Positions 9,424-19,125 of a stretch of 64,000 nt of DNA are shown here, piece after piece. The notes below the pieces were generated by a model. The model was not told the origin of the DNA. It did not search any database and was given only the letters and a program-made list of their open reading frames with translations. Location: positions 69,752 to 133,751 of the forward strand of contig CAVZMJ010000007.1 in NCBI GenBank assembly GCA_963776315.1, given 5' to 3'. The stretch is from an uncultured Acidobacteriota bacterium. Lineage in GTDB: Bacteria; Acidobacteriota; Vicinamibacteria; Vicinamibacterales; 2-12-FULL-66-21. Each line of letters starts with the position of its first letter. Position 1 is the stretch's first letter. The translations under genes and the position numbers were made by a program.

Positions 9424-10734
9424 ATGCGCGCGATCGACCTGATTCGGCACAAACGGGATGGCGGTGTGCTCGACCGAGCCGCGATCGACTCGTTCGTTTC
9501 GGGCGTCACCGACGGCACACTCCCCGATTACCAGACCTCCGCGCTCCTCATGGCTATCCTGCTGCGCGGCATGACGCCGGAGGAAACCGCCGCCCTCACG
9601 GATGCGATGGTGCGGTCTGGTGTGCGCGTCACCTATCCGGGGCTCGCCGGCCTGCCGGGGACGCCGGTCGACAAGCACAGCACCGGCGGGGTGGGGGACA
9701 AGACGTCGCTCGTGCTCGCGCCGCTTGCCGCCGCGTGCGGCGCGCACGTGCCGATGATGTCGGGCCGCGGTCTCGGTCACACCGGCGGGACGCTCGACAA
9801 GCTCGAGGCCATTCCCGGCTTTCGCACCGGGTTGTCGCTCGACGAGTTGAAAGCGGCGGTCGGCGCGATCGGATGCGCCCTGATCGGTCAGACCTCCGAG
9901 ATCGCGCCGGCCGATCGGAAGCTCTACGCGCTCCGCGACGTCACTGCCACGGTCGAGAGCATCCCGCTCATCTGCGCCTCGATCATGAGCAAGAAGATCG
10001 CCGAGGGCATCGGGGCCCTGGTGCTCGACGTCAAGACAGGCAGCGGTGCCTTCATGAAGACGCCCGAGTCGTCGCGAGCGCTCGCCGAGGCGCTCGTCGC
10101 CATCGGCCTTGCCAACGGGGTTCGCACTGAAGCGCTGATTACGCGCATGGACGCCCCCCTTGGCCGCGAGGTAGGGAACGCCAATGAAGTGATCGAGTCG
10201 ATCGAGACGCTCAAGGGATCCGGTCCCGCCGATCTGGAGCAGTTGTCGGTCCTGCTCGCGGTGCGGATGCTCGTCGTGGCGGGCGTGGCCGGCGACGAGG
10301 CCGGCGCTGAGGCACGCGTGCGCGCAGCGATCGCCTCGGGCGCGGGCGTGGAGAAGTTCCGCCAGATCATCGAGCATCAGGGTGGCGATCCGCGCGTCGT
10401 GGACGACTACTCGCGGCTGCCGTCGGCGCCGGACCACGAGATCGTCGCCGCGGCGGGGAGCGGCTTTGTCGGCGCGCTCGAGGCCGAACAGGTCGGCCGC
10501 GCCGCTGTCGCGCTCGGCGCGGGGCGGGGACGCCTCGACGATGTGATCGACCATGGCGTGGGGATTACCGTGATCGCCCCGCCAGGGACGGAGGTGCGGG
10601 CCGGCGACCGGGTCATGGAGGTTCGGCACCGGAGCGGCCGCGGGCTGGAGACGGCGCTGGCCCTCCTGCGGCAGGCCGTGCAGATCTCCGACGCGCCGCC
10701 GGTCGTGCGGCCGATTGTCGCCGATCGGGTGTGA
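9424..10734 (+). CDS. deoA: thymidine / pyrimidine-nucleoside phosphorylase
   Basis: Taken from ORF 9133..10734, starting at ATG 9424 (MRAIDLIRHKRDGG..). Motifs DKHSTGGVGDK and SGRGLGHTGGTLDKLE are present, and the match to the family runs the full length. Confidence 0.92.
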   Translation: MRAIDLIRHKRDGGVLDRAAIDSFVSGVTDGTLPDYQTSALLMAILLRGMTPEETAALTDAMVRSGVRVTYPGLAGLPGTPVDKHSTGGVGDKTSLVLAPLAAACGAHVPMMSGRGLGHTGGTLDKLEAIPGFRTGLSLDELKAAVGAIGCALIGQTSEIAPADRKLYALRDVTATVESIPLICASIMSKKIAEGIGALVLDVKTGSGAFMKTPESSRALAEALVAIGLANGVRTEALITRMDAPLGREVGNANEVIESIETLKGSGPADLEQLSVLLAVRMLVVAGVAGDEAGAEARVRAAIASGAGVEKFRQIIEHQGGDPRVVDDYSRLPSAPDHEIVAAAGSGFVGALEAEQVGRAAVALGAGRGRLDDVIDHGVGITVIAPPGTEVRAGDRVMEVRHRSGRGLETALALLRQAVQISDAPPVVRPIVADRV

Positions 10735-10737
10735 AAG

Positions 10738-10808
10738 TCACGAGCACGACGGCTGGTCACGATGTCCATCCTGCTCCGCTCCTCGTGAGTTCGCGCACAT
10801 CGTGAACG
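10738..10808. repeat. inverted cacgag/cacgatg heptamer arms
   Basis: The arm tcacgag cacgacg ..gtcacgatg faces ctcgtga gttcgcg cacatcgtga. Confidence 0.6.
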
Positions 10809-11007
10809 ATTTGTGTGACTCGAGATAGTAGAAGCTATCTCATAAACGTGACGCTCGTTCCAAGTCGCGAGCGAGCTTGGCGAGCGAGCCACGCGAGGGG
10901 AGCGCGCCGGCGAAGCGGCGCGCGAGAGAGCGTGTAGGGGAGTCCGAGGGGCGAAGCCCCTCGGAAAAGACTAGTTCGACGGGTCTGTCATTCGTCAGCG
11001 AGGATTC

Positions 11008-12378
11008 ATGTCCGATCCACACAGTCCGGCCGCCCGTCCGCCCTTGCAGCGCGCGCCCTATGACTCCAGAGACGTCATGGTGCTCGGGGCCGCCGCGGCC
11101 GGCGCAACGGTCTGCGCGCTCGTCGCTCAGTATGGAGGTGTGCCCAAACTGCAGCCGCTCGTCGGCCTCATCGTCATCATGTCGGTGGCGTATGCGATGT
11201 CGACGAACCGCCGAGCCATCGACCGGCGGACGGTCGCGTGGGGGTTGACGCTGCAGGTGGTGTTTGCGCTGCTGGTGCTCAAGACCGCGCTCGGGCAGGC
11301 GGTCTTCCAGCGGCTGGGGGCCGCCATCAATCGCCTGCTCGATTTCGCGTTCGTCGGGTCGGACTTCGTGTTTGGGGCGATGGGGAACAAGGAGGTGTGG
11401 CCGCGCGTGATGACGACGGTGCTCGGGGCTGAGGGCGCGCGCTACGGCGTCGTCTTCGCCTTCCAGGTGCTGCCGACGATTATCTTCATCGCGGCGCTTT
11501 TCGCCATCCTGTATTACTTTGGCGTCATGCAGGTCATCGTGCGCCTGTTCGCCGTGATGATGCGCCGGGTCATGAAAGCCTCGGGCGCGGAATCGCTGAA
11601 CGTGGCCGCGAGCATCTTCATGGGCCAGACCGAGGCGCCGCTGACGATCCGGCCGTTTCTGCCGCGGATGACCGAGTCCGAGCTGATGACGGTCATGACG
11701 TCGGGGATGGCGCACATCTCGGGCGGCATCATGGCAGCGTACATCCTCTTCGGGATCGAGGCGAAGCACCTCCTGACGGCCGTCATCATGACCGCGCCAG
11801 GCACCCTGATGATGGCGAAGATCTTCGTGCCCGAGACCGAGCAGCCCGACACGATGGGGACGGTGAAGCTCAACGTCGAGCGGACCGACGTCAACGTGAT
11901 TGACGCGGCCGGGCGGGGCACCAGCGAGGGCTTGTCGCTGGCGCTGAACGTCGGCGCCATGTTGATTTCGTTTCTTGCGCTGGTCGCCCTGGTGAACGCG
12001 ATGCTCGGCCTGGCGGGCCTCAGCCTGCAGCAGATTTTCGGGTGGGTGTTCGCGCCGATTGCGTGGGCCATGGGGGTGCCGTGGCGGGACGCGCCGACGA
12101 TCGGCAACCTGCTCGGCACGCGCATGGCGCTCAACGAGTTCGTCGCCTACTCGCAGCTCGGCCCGCTCAAGGCGTCGCTCGACCCGCGGTCGTTCACGAT
12201 TGCCACGTTCGCGCTGTGCGGCTTCGCCAATTTCAGCTCGATCGGCATCCAGATCGGCGGCATCGGCGCCCTGGCCCCCAACCGCCGCCACGACCTGGCC
12301 CGCCTCGGCCTGCGTGCGATGCTCGCCGGCACTCTGGCCAATTTCGTCACCGCCACCATCGCCGGGTTCCTGCTGTGA
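11008..12378 (+). CDS. nupC: NupC/NupG-family concentrative nucleoside transporter
   Basis: ORF 11008..12378 is multi-TM and carries typical CNT motifs (..SIFMGQTEAPL.., ..GFANFSSIGIQIGG..). Confidence 0.88.
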   Translation: MSDPHSPAARPPLQRAPYDSRDVMVLGAAAAGATVCALVAQYGGVPKLQPLVGLIVIMSVAYAMSTNRRAIDRRTVAWGLTLQVVFALLVLKTALGQAVFQRLGAAINRLLDFAFVGSDFVFGAMGNKEVWPRVMTTVLGAEGARYGVVFAFQVLPTIIFIAALFAILYYFGVMQVIVRLFAVMMRRVMKASGAESLNVAASIFMGQTEAPLTIRPFLPRMTESELMTVMTSGMAHISGGIMAAYILFGIEAKHLLTAVIMTAPGTLMMAKIFVPETEQPDTMGTVKLNVERTDVNVIDAAGRGTSEGLSLALNVGAMLISFLALVALVNAMLGLAGLSLQQIFGWVFAPIAWAMGVPWRDAPTIGNLLGTRMALNEFVAYSQLGPLKASLDPRSFTIATFALCGFANFSSIGIQIGGIGALAPNRRHDLARLGLRAMLAGTLANFVTATIAGFLL

Positions 12379-12617
12379 CCGGGGACACTCAATCGGGACA
12401 CTCAACCGGGACAGTCACGGGGGACATTCAACCTTGAGTGTCCCCGGAGGTTTGACCACGCCTTGTGCAGTTTCTGCCATAGGCAGGCCGTTTCGAGGGT
12501 TGCCAGGGTGAGTACCTGTGGTGAGTTCATGAAAGATCGTCGCCGACCTGAGTTGCCTGTTCCAACAAACCGGCCCCGGGGACAGTCAAGAGTGACTGTC
12601 CCGGTTGAGTGTCCCCG
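12379..12617. repeat. inverted arrays of a 12-13-nt unit (cgggacaYtcaa) around a short-core variant
   Basis: Positions 12379-12448 hold four tandem units followed by an inverted copy (cttgagtgtccccgg). Positions 12574-12617 hold ccccggggacagtcaag/agtgactgtcccggttgagtgtccccg. The spacer between them contains gtttcgagggttgcc (12490-12504). Confidence 0.8.
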
Positions 12618-13436
12618 ATGACATATTTCGACAGCGTTCAGGAGGCGGCGGGGTGGGTCAGGGAGCGGATTGGACCGCCCCCTGACGTGGCGATCGTGCT
12701 GGGTTCGGGCTTGGGGGAGTTTACGGCGGCGCTCGGGGAATCGACCTCGTGTCCCTACGACGACATCCCGCACTGGCCGGCGTCAGCGGTGATCGGGCAC
12801 GCGGGGAAGCTCGTCGTGGGGACGCTCGCTGGCAAGCGCGTCGCAGCGCTCTCCGGGCGCGCGCACTTCTACGAGGGGCACGACCTGCGTACGGTGACGT
12901 TCGCGACGCGCGTCATCGGCGCGCTCGGCGTGAAGACGCTCATCCTGACCAACGCGGCAGGTGGCGTCAACCTGACCTTCAAGCCCGGCACGCTGATGCT
13001 GATGGATGATCACATCAACCTGATGGGCAGCAACCCGCTCGTCGGCGCCAACGACGAGCGCTTCGGGCCGCGTTTTCCGGACATGTCGGAGGTCTACTCG
13101 ACGCGCCTGCGGCAGCTCGCGGGAGATGCGGCGCGGGCGCGCGGGCTGGCGCTCGCCCACGGCGTCTATGCCGCGTTACACGGACCGAGCTACGAAACGC
13201 CGGCCGAAATCCGATTTCTGCGGACGATCGGCGCCGACGCCGTCGGGATGTCGACCGCGCCCGAAGCGATCGTCGCCCGGCACATGGGCGTCGATGTGCT
13301 CGGGATCTCGTGCATCACCAACATGGCGGCCGGCGTCCTCCCGCAGCCGCTCGTCCACGACGAGGTGATGGAGGTCGCCCGTCGCGTCCGCGGCGAGTTC
13401 TGCGCGCTGCTGGAGGGCATCGTTGAGCGACTCTGA
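12618..13436 (+). CDS. punA: purine nucleoside phosphorylase (trimeric PNP type)
   Basis: Taken from ORF 12609..13436. ATG 12618 is preferred because 12609-12617 belongs to the repeat. Motifs are ..VLGSGLG.., HFYEG, LTNAAGG, GPSYETPAE and GADAVGMSTAPE. Confidence 0.9.
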   Translation: MTYFDSVQEAAGWVRERIGPPPDVAIVLGSGLGEFTAALGESTSCPYDDIPHWPASAVIGHAGKLVVGTLAGKRVAALSGRAHFYEGHDLRTVTFATRVIGALGVKTLILTNAAGGVNLTFKPGTLMLMDDHINLMGSNPLVGANDERFGPRFPDMSEVYSTRLRQLAGDAARARGLALAHGVYAALHGPSYETPAEIRFLRTIGADAVGMSTAPEAIVARHMGVDVLGISCITNMAAGVLPQPLVHDEVMEVARRVRGEFCALLEGIVERL

Positions 13437-14046
13437 CAAGCCCAAGCCGATCTGGCCCGCTGTCGAACGGCGAGGGCCGACCGACCGCAGGGTCGAGCGG
13501 CCGGGCGCCGGCCCGCGCCGGGCTGGCGCCGAGGATCTCGAGGTGCGAACTCCGCGCCCCATGAGGCGCGACGAGCGCCGATCCGGCCGGGATCGCCGAG
13601 ACGATTCGGCGTGGCGGTCCGTGCCGCTCGAGATCACGATAGCCACCGAGGCCGACCTCTCCGAGGCGCTCGTCGCCGCCGCCACGCTCGCACGCTCGCG
13701 GGCGCACGCCCGTTACTCGGGGTTCAAAGTCGGCGCCGCGCTCGAGACGAGCGACGGCGATGTGGTGACCGGCTGCAACATCGAGAACGCGACCTACGGC
13801 CTGACCCTGTGCGCCGAACGCGTCGCGCTCGTCAAGGCGCTCTCCGATGGACACGCCGTTTTCACCCGTATCGTCGTCGTGGCCGACACCGAGAGCCCGA
13901 CACCGCCCTGCGGGCCGTGCCGCCAGCTTCTGTGGGAGTATTGCGGCGACATCGACGTGATTCTCGCCAACCTGGAACGGACCACGGCGACGCTGCGGCT
14001 ATCGGACCTGCTGCCCATGCCCTTCGATGCCAGGCTGCTAGAATAA
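13423..14046 (+). CDS. cdd: cytidine deaminase (possibly with a 66-aa Arg/Asp-rich N-terminal extension)
   Basis: ORF 13423..14046 has the core motifs ..YSGFKVGAAL.., CAERVAL and PCGPCRQ. The TTG start at 13423 overlaps the punA end. An in-frame GTG at 13621 would give a canonical ~141-aa enzyme. Confidence 0.8.
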   Translation: MSDSDKPKPIWPAVERRGPTDRRVERPGAGPRRAGAEDLEVRTPRPMRRDERRSGRDRRDDSAWRSVPLEITIATEADLSEALVAAATLARSRAHARYSGFKVGAALETSDGDVVTGCNIENATYGLTLCAERVALVKALSDGHAVFTRIVVVADTESPTPPCGPCRQLLWEYCGDIDVILANLERTTATLRLSDLLPMPFDARLLE

Positions 14047-14050
14047 CTAT

Positions 14051-14191
14051 GCTGAACGTTTGAAGTCTGACGTTTGAAGGTTGAAGTGAGGAAGGCTGAA
14101 GTTCGAAGTCGGAAGTTGGAGTTGGAAGAAGGCTGAAGTCGGAAGCTGGAAGCTGGAAAGAACCCTGAACCCTGAACCCTGAACCCTGAAC
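14051..14191. repeat. tandem array of about 20 degenerate heptamers NNNNGAA
   Basis: The array reads gctgaac gtttgaa gtctgac gtttgaa ggttgaa gtgagga .. gtcggaa gctggaa gctggaa .. ccctgaa x3. No complementary arm lies nearby. Confidence 0.85.
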
Positions 14192-14201
14192 GCGATCATA
14201 C

Positions 14202-15260
14202 ATGCTCCCCACCATCGACTGGCAAGGCGACACGATCGTCATGGTCGATCAGCGCAAGTTGCCTGGTCAGGAAATCTACGTGCGCTGCCGGACGGCGCAG
14301 GAGGTCGCGCGCGCCATCCGCACGATGATCATCCGCGGCGCGCCGGCCATCGGCGTCTCGGCGGCGATGGGCATCGCCCTCGGGATGCAGCGCAGCACGG
14401 CCAAGGGCACCAAGCAGTTCGCCGTCGAGTTCCAGAAGACGTGCGACATGATGGCCGCGACGCGGCCGACGGCCGTGAACCTGTTCTGGGCGATCGATCG
14501 CATGAAACGCGTCTTCGCCGAGGCCGCGCAGGCTGGCCAGTCGACCGAAGAGATCGCCAGCCGCCTCGAGCACGAATCCCGTCTGATTCATGATGAGGAC
14601 GTCGCGAGCTGCCGCACGATGGGCGGCTTTGGCGCCGATGTCGTGCCTGACGGCGCGCGCGTGCTGACCCATTGCAACGCGGGTGCGCTTGCCACCGCCG
14701 GCTACGGCTCGGCGCTCGGCGTCATCCGGGCGGCGGTGGAGAAGGGCAAGAGAGTCGCCGTCTTCGCGGACGAGACGCGTCCGTTTCTCCAGGGCGCGCG
14801 CCTGACCGCGTGGGAGCTCGTGCGCGAGGGCATCCACACGACGGTCATCACCGAGAGCATGGCGGGACCGCTCATGCGCGCCGGCGAGATCGACCTCGTG
14901 GTCGTCGGCGCCGATCGCATCGCCGCCAACGGCGACACGGCGAACAAGATCGGCACCTACACCGTCGCGGTCCTCGCGCACGAGCACAAGGTGCCGTTCT
15001 ACGTCGCGGCGCCGCTCTCGACGGTCGATCTGGCGACGCCCGACGGCGACAAGATTCCGATCGAGGAGCGCGATCGCCGCGAGGTGACGCATCTCGGATC
15101 GTCGCGCCTGACACCGGAGGGCGCACACATCCGCAATCCTGCGTTCGACGTGACGCCGCACCGCTACATCACCGGCATCATCACCGAGAAGGGCATCTTC
15201 GGGCCGCCCTACAGCGAGACCCTGAAAGGGGCCTTCGACACCATCAGCCCGTCGAAGTGA
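14202..15260 (+). CDS. mtnA: S-methyl-5-thioribose-1-phosphate isomerase
   Basis: ORF 14202..15260 has full-length eIF-2B/MtnA family resemblance (..IRGAPAIGV.., ..[10 protein letters not shown].., ..[20 protein letters not shown]..). Confidence 0.88.
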   Translation: MLPTIDWQGDTIVMVDQRKLPGQEIYVRCRTAQEVARAIRTMIIRGAPAIGVSAAMGIALGMQRSTAKGTKQFAVEFQKTCDMMAATRPTAVNLFWAIDRMKRVFAEAAQAGQSTEEIASRLEHESRLIHDEDVASCRTMGGFGADVVPDGARVLTHCNAGALATAGYGSALGVIRAAVEKGKRVAVFADETRPFLQGARLTAWELVREGIHTTVITESMAGPLMRAGEIDLVVVGADRIAANGDTANKIGTYTVAVLAHEHKVPFYVAAPLSTVDLATPDGDKIPIEERDRREVTHLGSSRLTPEGAHIRNPAFDVTPHRYITGIITEKGIFGPPYSETLKGAFDTISPSK

Positions 15261-16356
15261 ACCTGCTCGCCATCGAGACCTCGTGCGACGAAACCGCGGC
15301 GGCGCTCGTCGCCGAAACGGGCGATGCCGCGCGGCCGTGGCTCATCCGATCGTCGATCGTCGCGTCGCAGACCGAGATCCATCGTGAGTGGGGCGGCGTC
15401 GTTCCCGAGCTCGCGTCCCGTCAGCACGTCCGCGACATCTGCGGCGTCGTCGAGGCGGCTCTGGCGCAGGCCGGCGCGCAGACGAGCGACGTCGATGCCG
15501 TCGCCGTGACCCAGGGACCGGGGCTCGTCGGGTCCCTCCTCGTCGGCGTCACGTTCGCGAAGACGTTCGCGTGGGCGCGGGGCATTCCGGTCATTCCCGT
15601 GCATCACCTCGCGGGCCACATCGAGTCGCTCACCCTCGCGCACGGCGAGCTGCCGCTGCCGGCGGCCGTGCTCGTGGTATCCGGCGGTCACACGAGCCTC
15701 TATCTGGTGCCCGAGCCCGGCGTCTACCGGCTCGTCGGGCGCACGCGAGACGACGCGGCTGGTGAGGCGTATGACAAGGTGGCGAAGCTGCTCGGCCTCG
15801 GCTATCCGGGCGGGCCGGTGATCGATCGACTCGCGCGCGAGGGTCGAGAGGATCGCTTCAACTTTCCGGTGACGCGGCTGACGCACGCCGATCGCAACGC
15901 GCCGCGCGCGACCGGACTCGATCTGCTGCCGGCCGCGTGGCGCGACGGACCGACTTCAGCTTCTCCGGACTGAAGACGGCCGTGCTGCGGCTCGTGCAGG
16001 AGCGGACCGCCGGCCTCGCGCCTGGCGCCACTCTTCCGCAGCAGGACGTCGCGGACATCTGCGCGAGTTTCCAGCGCGTCGTGGTCGACGCCCTTCTCGA
16101 GCGAACGTTCGAGGCGGCGCGCTGGCTCGACGCCCGGAGCGTCGGGATCGCCGGCGGCGTGTCGGCCAACAGCCGGCTGCGCGCGGACGCCGAAGCCCGC
16201 GGTGCGCGCGTTGGTCTTCCGGTCTTCGTGCCGCCAATCGCGCTCTCGACCGACAACGCCGCCATGATCGGCGCCGCAGGGCTGCGCCGCTACCGTGCCG
16301 GCGTGGTTGGCGGCTGGGATTTCAACGCCGACCCATCGTTGCCGTTATCTCCATGA
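15257..16356 (+). pseudogene. tsaD: tRNA N6-adenosine threonylcarbamoyltransferase TsaD, one frame change near 15940-15950
   Basis: The GTG at 15257 overlaps the mtnA stop. The N-terminal part lies in the frame of ORF 14672..15973 (LAIETSCDETAAAL.., GPGLVGSLLVG.., VSGGHT). The C-terminal part is ORF 15937..16356 (..[11 protein letters not shown].., GGVSANS). Confidence 0.88.
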
Positions 16357-16769
16357 AGACCTTCACCGACTATCTCTGGTTCACGACGAGGCAGCGCCAG
16401 GAATTCATCCGCATCACCGACGACGTCTCCGCGATCGTCAAGAAGAGCGGCGTCGACGACGGGATGGTGCTGGTGTCGGCCAGCCACATCACGGCCGGCG
16501 TGTACGTGAACGATTGGGAGGATGGCCTGATCACCGACTTCCAGACATGGCTCGAGAAGCTCGCGCCCGCGGGTCTGCCCTACAAGCATCATCAGACCGG
16601 CGAGGACAATGCCGACGCGCACCTGAAACGGACGATCATGGGCCATCAGGTGATGGTGCCGATTACGAACGGCAAGCTCGATCTCGGTCCGTGGGAGCAG
16701 ATCTTCTACGCCGAGTTCGACGGGCAGAGACGTAAGCGCGTGGTTGTGAAGGTGATGGGGAATGAATAG
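16353..16769 (+). CDS. YjbQ-family (UPF0047) secondary thiamine-phosphate synthase-like protein
   Basis: ORF 16353..16769 is intact. Its start overlaps the tsaD stop (ATGA). Family resemblance includes ..[13 protein letters not shown].., ..NADAHLKRT.. and [12 protein letters not shown]. Confidence 0.8.
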   Translation: MKTFTDYLWFTTRQRQEFIRITDDVSAIVKKSGVDDGMVLVSASHITAGVYVNDWEDGLITDFQTWLEKLAPAGLPYKHHQTGEDNADAHLKRTIMGHQVMVPITNGKLDLGPWEQIFYAEFDGQRRKRVVVKVMGNE

Positions 16770-16822
16770 GAGCTAGGAGCTAGGAGACAGGCGACAGGAG
16801 ACAGGCGACAGGAGACAGAGCG
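16767..16822. repeat. tandem heptamer array (taggagc x2, then caggaga/caggcga x5)
   Basis: Eight consecutive 7-nt units begin at the stop codon of the YjbQ-family gene. Confidence 0.8.
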
Positions 16823-16956
16823 TGCCCTCCTGCGGCCGTGCCCGGGCTGTCGGTGGGCTTTGCACCTGAGCTCATTCGGCAGCGCCTGCGGCCTGAGCGC
16901 GGCGCGTAGTCGCCGCGCGAAAGCGCTTGGGGGTGGGGCCCCACGCGCATTGATAA

Positions 16957-17518
16957 ATGCAGGCCGATCGATGGTTACAAGAAGGCGCCCAAGAGACTGA
17001 GCCAGATGCCATCGACCGCGAATATCCCGCACGCCCCATCGTCGGCGTCGGCGCTGTGATTCTCGTGGCGCCAGCCGAGGCGCGCGCCTGTGGATGGTCC
17101 GAACCGTTCGGAGGGACCGGCGTCGTCCTCGTCAAGCGTCTGTTCGAGCCGCTGGCGGGGCAGTGGAGCCTTCCCGGCGGGACGCTCGAAGTCGGGGAGA
17201 CGCTCGAGGCGGCGTGGCGCGTGAGATCGCCGAGGAGACCGGGCTGACGGTCGACGTCGGGCCGATCGTCGAAGTCTTCGATCGGATCTTTCGCGACGAG
17301 GACTCGCGCGTGCGGTATCACTTCGTGCTGGTCGACTATCTGTGCCGCGCCGACAGGCGGGTGTCTTCGCGCCGGATCGGATGTCGGCGATGTCACGATC
17401 GCCGATCCCGATGACCTGGCGGCATTCGGGCTGACCGAAAAAACTCTGGACGTGATTCGCAAAGCCGTATCGGGCGAGAAGGGAAATGGGCGACATGCTG
17501 TCTCGTGACGATGCCTGG
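16957..17518 (+). pseudogene. NUDIX hydrolase, two frame changes (about 17215 and 17350)
   Basis: The Nudix box GGTLEVGETLEAA/VAREIAEETGL is split between ORF 16957..17247 and ORF 17094..17414. The tail (..DVGDVTIADPDDLAAFGLTEKTLDVIRKAV..) lies in the third frame and ends at TGA 17516-17518. Confidence 0.75.
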
Positions 17519-18070
17519 GCGTTGATGACGGAGTACACCGAGGGCGAGAGCCTGCGCAAGCACATGCTCGCCGTCGAGGCCGCGGTGCGCGGCTACGCGC
17601 GGCTGTGGGGGGAAAACGAACTCGAGTGGGGCGTGGTCGCGCTCCTGCACGACTTCGACTACGAGCGGTGGCCCGACCAGGCCAATCATCCGTTTCGCGG
17701 CGTCGAGATCCTGAAGCAGAAGGGCTACCCGGAGTGGGTGACGCGTGCGATTCTCTCGCACGCCGAGTACTCGGGCGTGCCGCGCGAGTCGCGGCTCGAG
17801 CACACGCTCTTCGCCTGCGACGAGATGTCGGGCATCGTCACCGCGGCCGCCCTCGTCCGGCCGTCGAAGAGCATCCTCGATCTCGAGGCCAGTTCCGTGA
17901 TCAAGCGGATGAAGGACAAGGCGTTCGCCCGGGCGGTCAACCGCGACGATCTCCGGAAGGGCGCGGAGGAGATCGGGCTGCCGCTCGACGAGCACATCAC
18001 GAATGTGATCGCCTTCATGCGGGTCGAGGCCGAGGCGCTCGGTCTCAAGGGCACTACCGAAACCCGCTGA
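17486..18070 (+). CDS. HD-domain metal-dependent phosphohydrolase
   Basis: ORF 17486..18070 is intact, with ..HMLAVEAAVRGYA.. and ..ALLHDFDYE.. (the HD motif). Confidence 0.75.
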   Translation: MGDMLSRDDAWALMTEYTEGESLRKHMLAVEAAVRGYARLWGENELEWGVVALLHDFDYERWPDQANHPFRGVEILKQKGYPEWVTRAILSHAEYSGVPRESRLEHTLFACDEMSGIVTAAALVRPSKSILDLEASSVIKRMKDKAFARAVNRDDLRKGAEEIGLPLDEHITNVIAFMRVEAEALGLKGTTETR

Positions 18071-18096
18071 GCCCGTTTCGCGTATAAGCTAACCAC

Positions 18097-19119
18097 TTGG
18101 ATTCGAACCTTCAGACCCCCGGGCCAGACGTGAAGGACGTGAAGCCGACGCCCCAGAGCCAGCCGGGTGCGGCGACCGAGCCAGCCGTCCAGCTCGAGGG
18201 CGTAACGGTCATTTACGGCAAGAACCAGGCCCTCAAGAACGTCAGCGCGCGCTTCGAGCGCGGCGCGGTCGGGCTGCTCGGACCGAACGGCGCCGGCAAG
18301 AGCACGATGCTCAAGTCGCTGCTTGGCTTCGTCAAGCCAAACCAGGGCCGCATGCGCGTGCTCGGGCTCGACGTGGCCGAACGGCCGATGGAGATTCGCG
18401 CGCGCCTCGGCTACATGCCGGAGACCGACGGCCACATTCCCGGCATGAACGCGGTCTCGTTTGTCGCGTATTGCGGCCAGCTCGCCGGACTGCCGGCCGT
18501 CGACGCGATGCAGCGCGCGCACGAGGTCCTCTATTACGTCGGCCTCGGCGAGGCGCGCTACCGCAACCTCGAGACCTATTCGACCGGGATGAAGCAGCGC
18601 ATCAAGCTGGCGCAGGCGATCGTCCACGATCCGGATCTGCTCTTCCTCGACGAGCCGACCAACGGCATGGACCCGAAGGGCCGCGACGAGATGCTCGAGC
18701 TCATTCGCGACCTCGGTCACAACAAGAACGTCAGCCTGATTCTCTCGTCGCACCTGCTGCCCGACGTCGAGTTCACCTGCGACCACGTGGTGGTGATGGA
18801 CAAGGGGCAGGTCGCCGCGCAGGGCCCGATCGACGAGCTGAAGGGCCCGGCCGGACGCGTGTTCGAGCTGCGCGTGAAAGTCGCCGCCGGCAACCTGCCC
18901 GGCTTCATCGAGGTTCTGCAGAAGGCCGGAATGGAGTGTCACTCGACCGATGAAGACGTGATGCGCGTGTTCGTGCCCACCGGCGTCGTAGGTTCGGATC
19001 GCCGCGATCAGGAGGTCCTCTTCTCGCTCGCGGCGAAAGAGGGCGTGCAGGTGCGGCACCTGCGGCCGAGCGTCCCGACGCTCGAGGACGTATTCGCGAA
19101 AGCGGTCGGGGAGGAATAG
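18097..19119 (+). CDS. ABC transporter ATP-binding protein (with C-terminal extra domain)
   Basis: ORF 18097..19119 has Walker A (GPNGAGKST), the signature YSTGMKQR and Walker B (LLFLDEP). It uses a TTG start, and a GTG at 18130 is also possible. Confidence 0.88.
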   Translation: MDSNLQTPGPDVKDVKPTPQSQPGAATEPAVQLEGVTVIYGKNQALKNVSARFERGAVGLLGPNGAGKSTMLKSLLGFVKPNQGRMRVLGLDVAERPMEIRARLGYMPETDGHIPGMNAVSFVAYCGQLAGLPAVDAMQRAHEVLYYVGLGEARYRNLETYSTGMKQRIKLAQAIVHDPDLLFLDEPTNGMDPKGRDEMLELIRDLGHNKNVSLILSSHLLPDVEFTCDHVVVMDKGQVAAQGPIDELKGPAGRVFELRVKVAAGNLPGFIEVLQKAGMECHSTDEDVMRVFVPTGVVGSDRRDQEVLFSLAAKEGVQVRHLRPSVPTLEDVFAKAVGEE

Positions 19120-19125
19120 CGCCGC

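Noticed and set aside
10944-10964. The hairpin ccgagggg-cgaa-cccctcgg upstream of nupC, considered as a terminator.
   Set aside because: No T-tract follows on either strand. I noted it only as a stem-loop in the deoA-nupC spacer.
18085-18112. A tRNA-like T-loop: ggttcgaatcc on the minus strand (tggattcgaacc on the plus strand).
   Set aside because: The flanking bases do not form a T-stem or an acceptor stem. The sequence is the 5' end of the ABC ATPase ORF.
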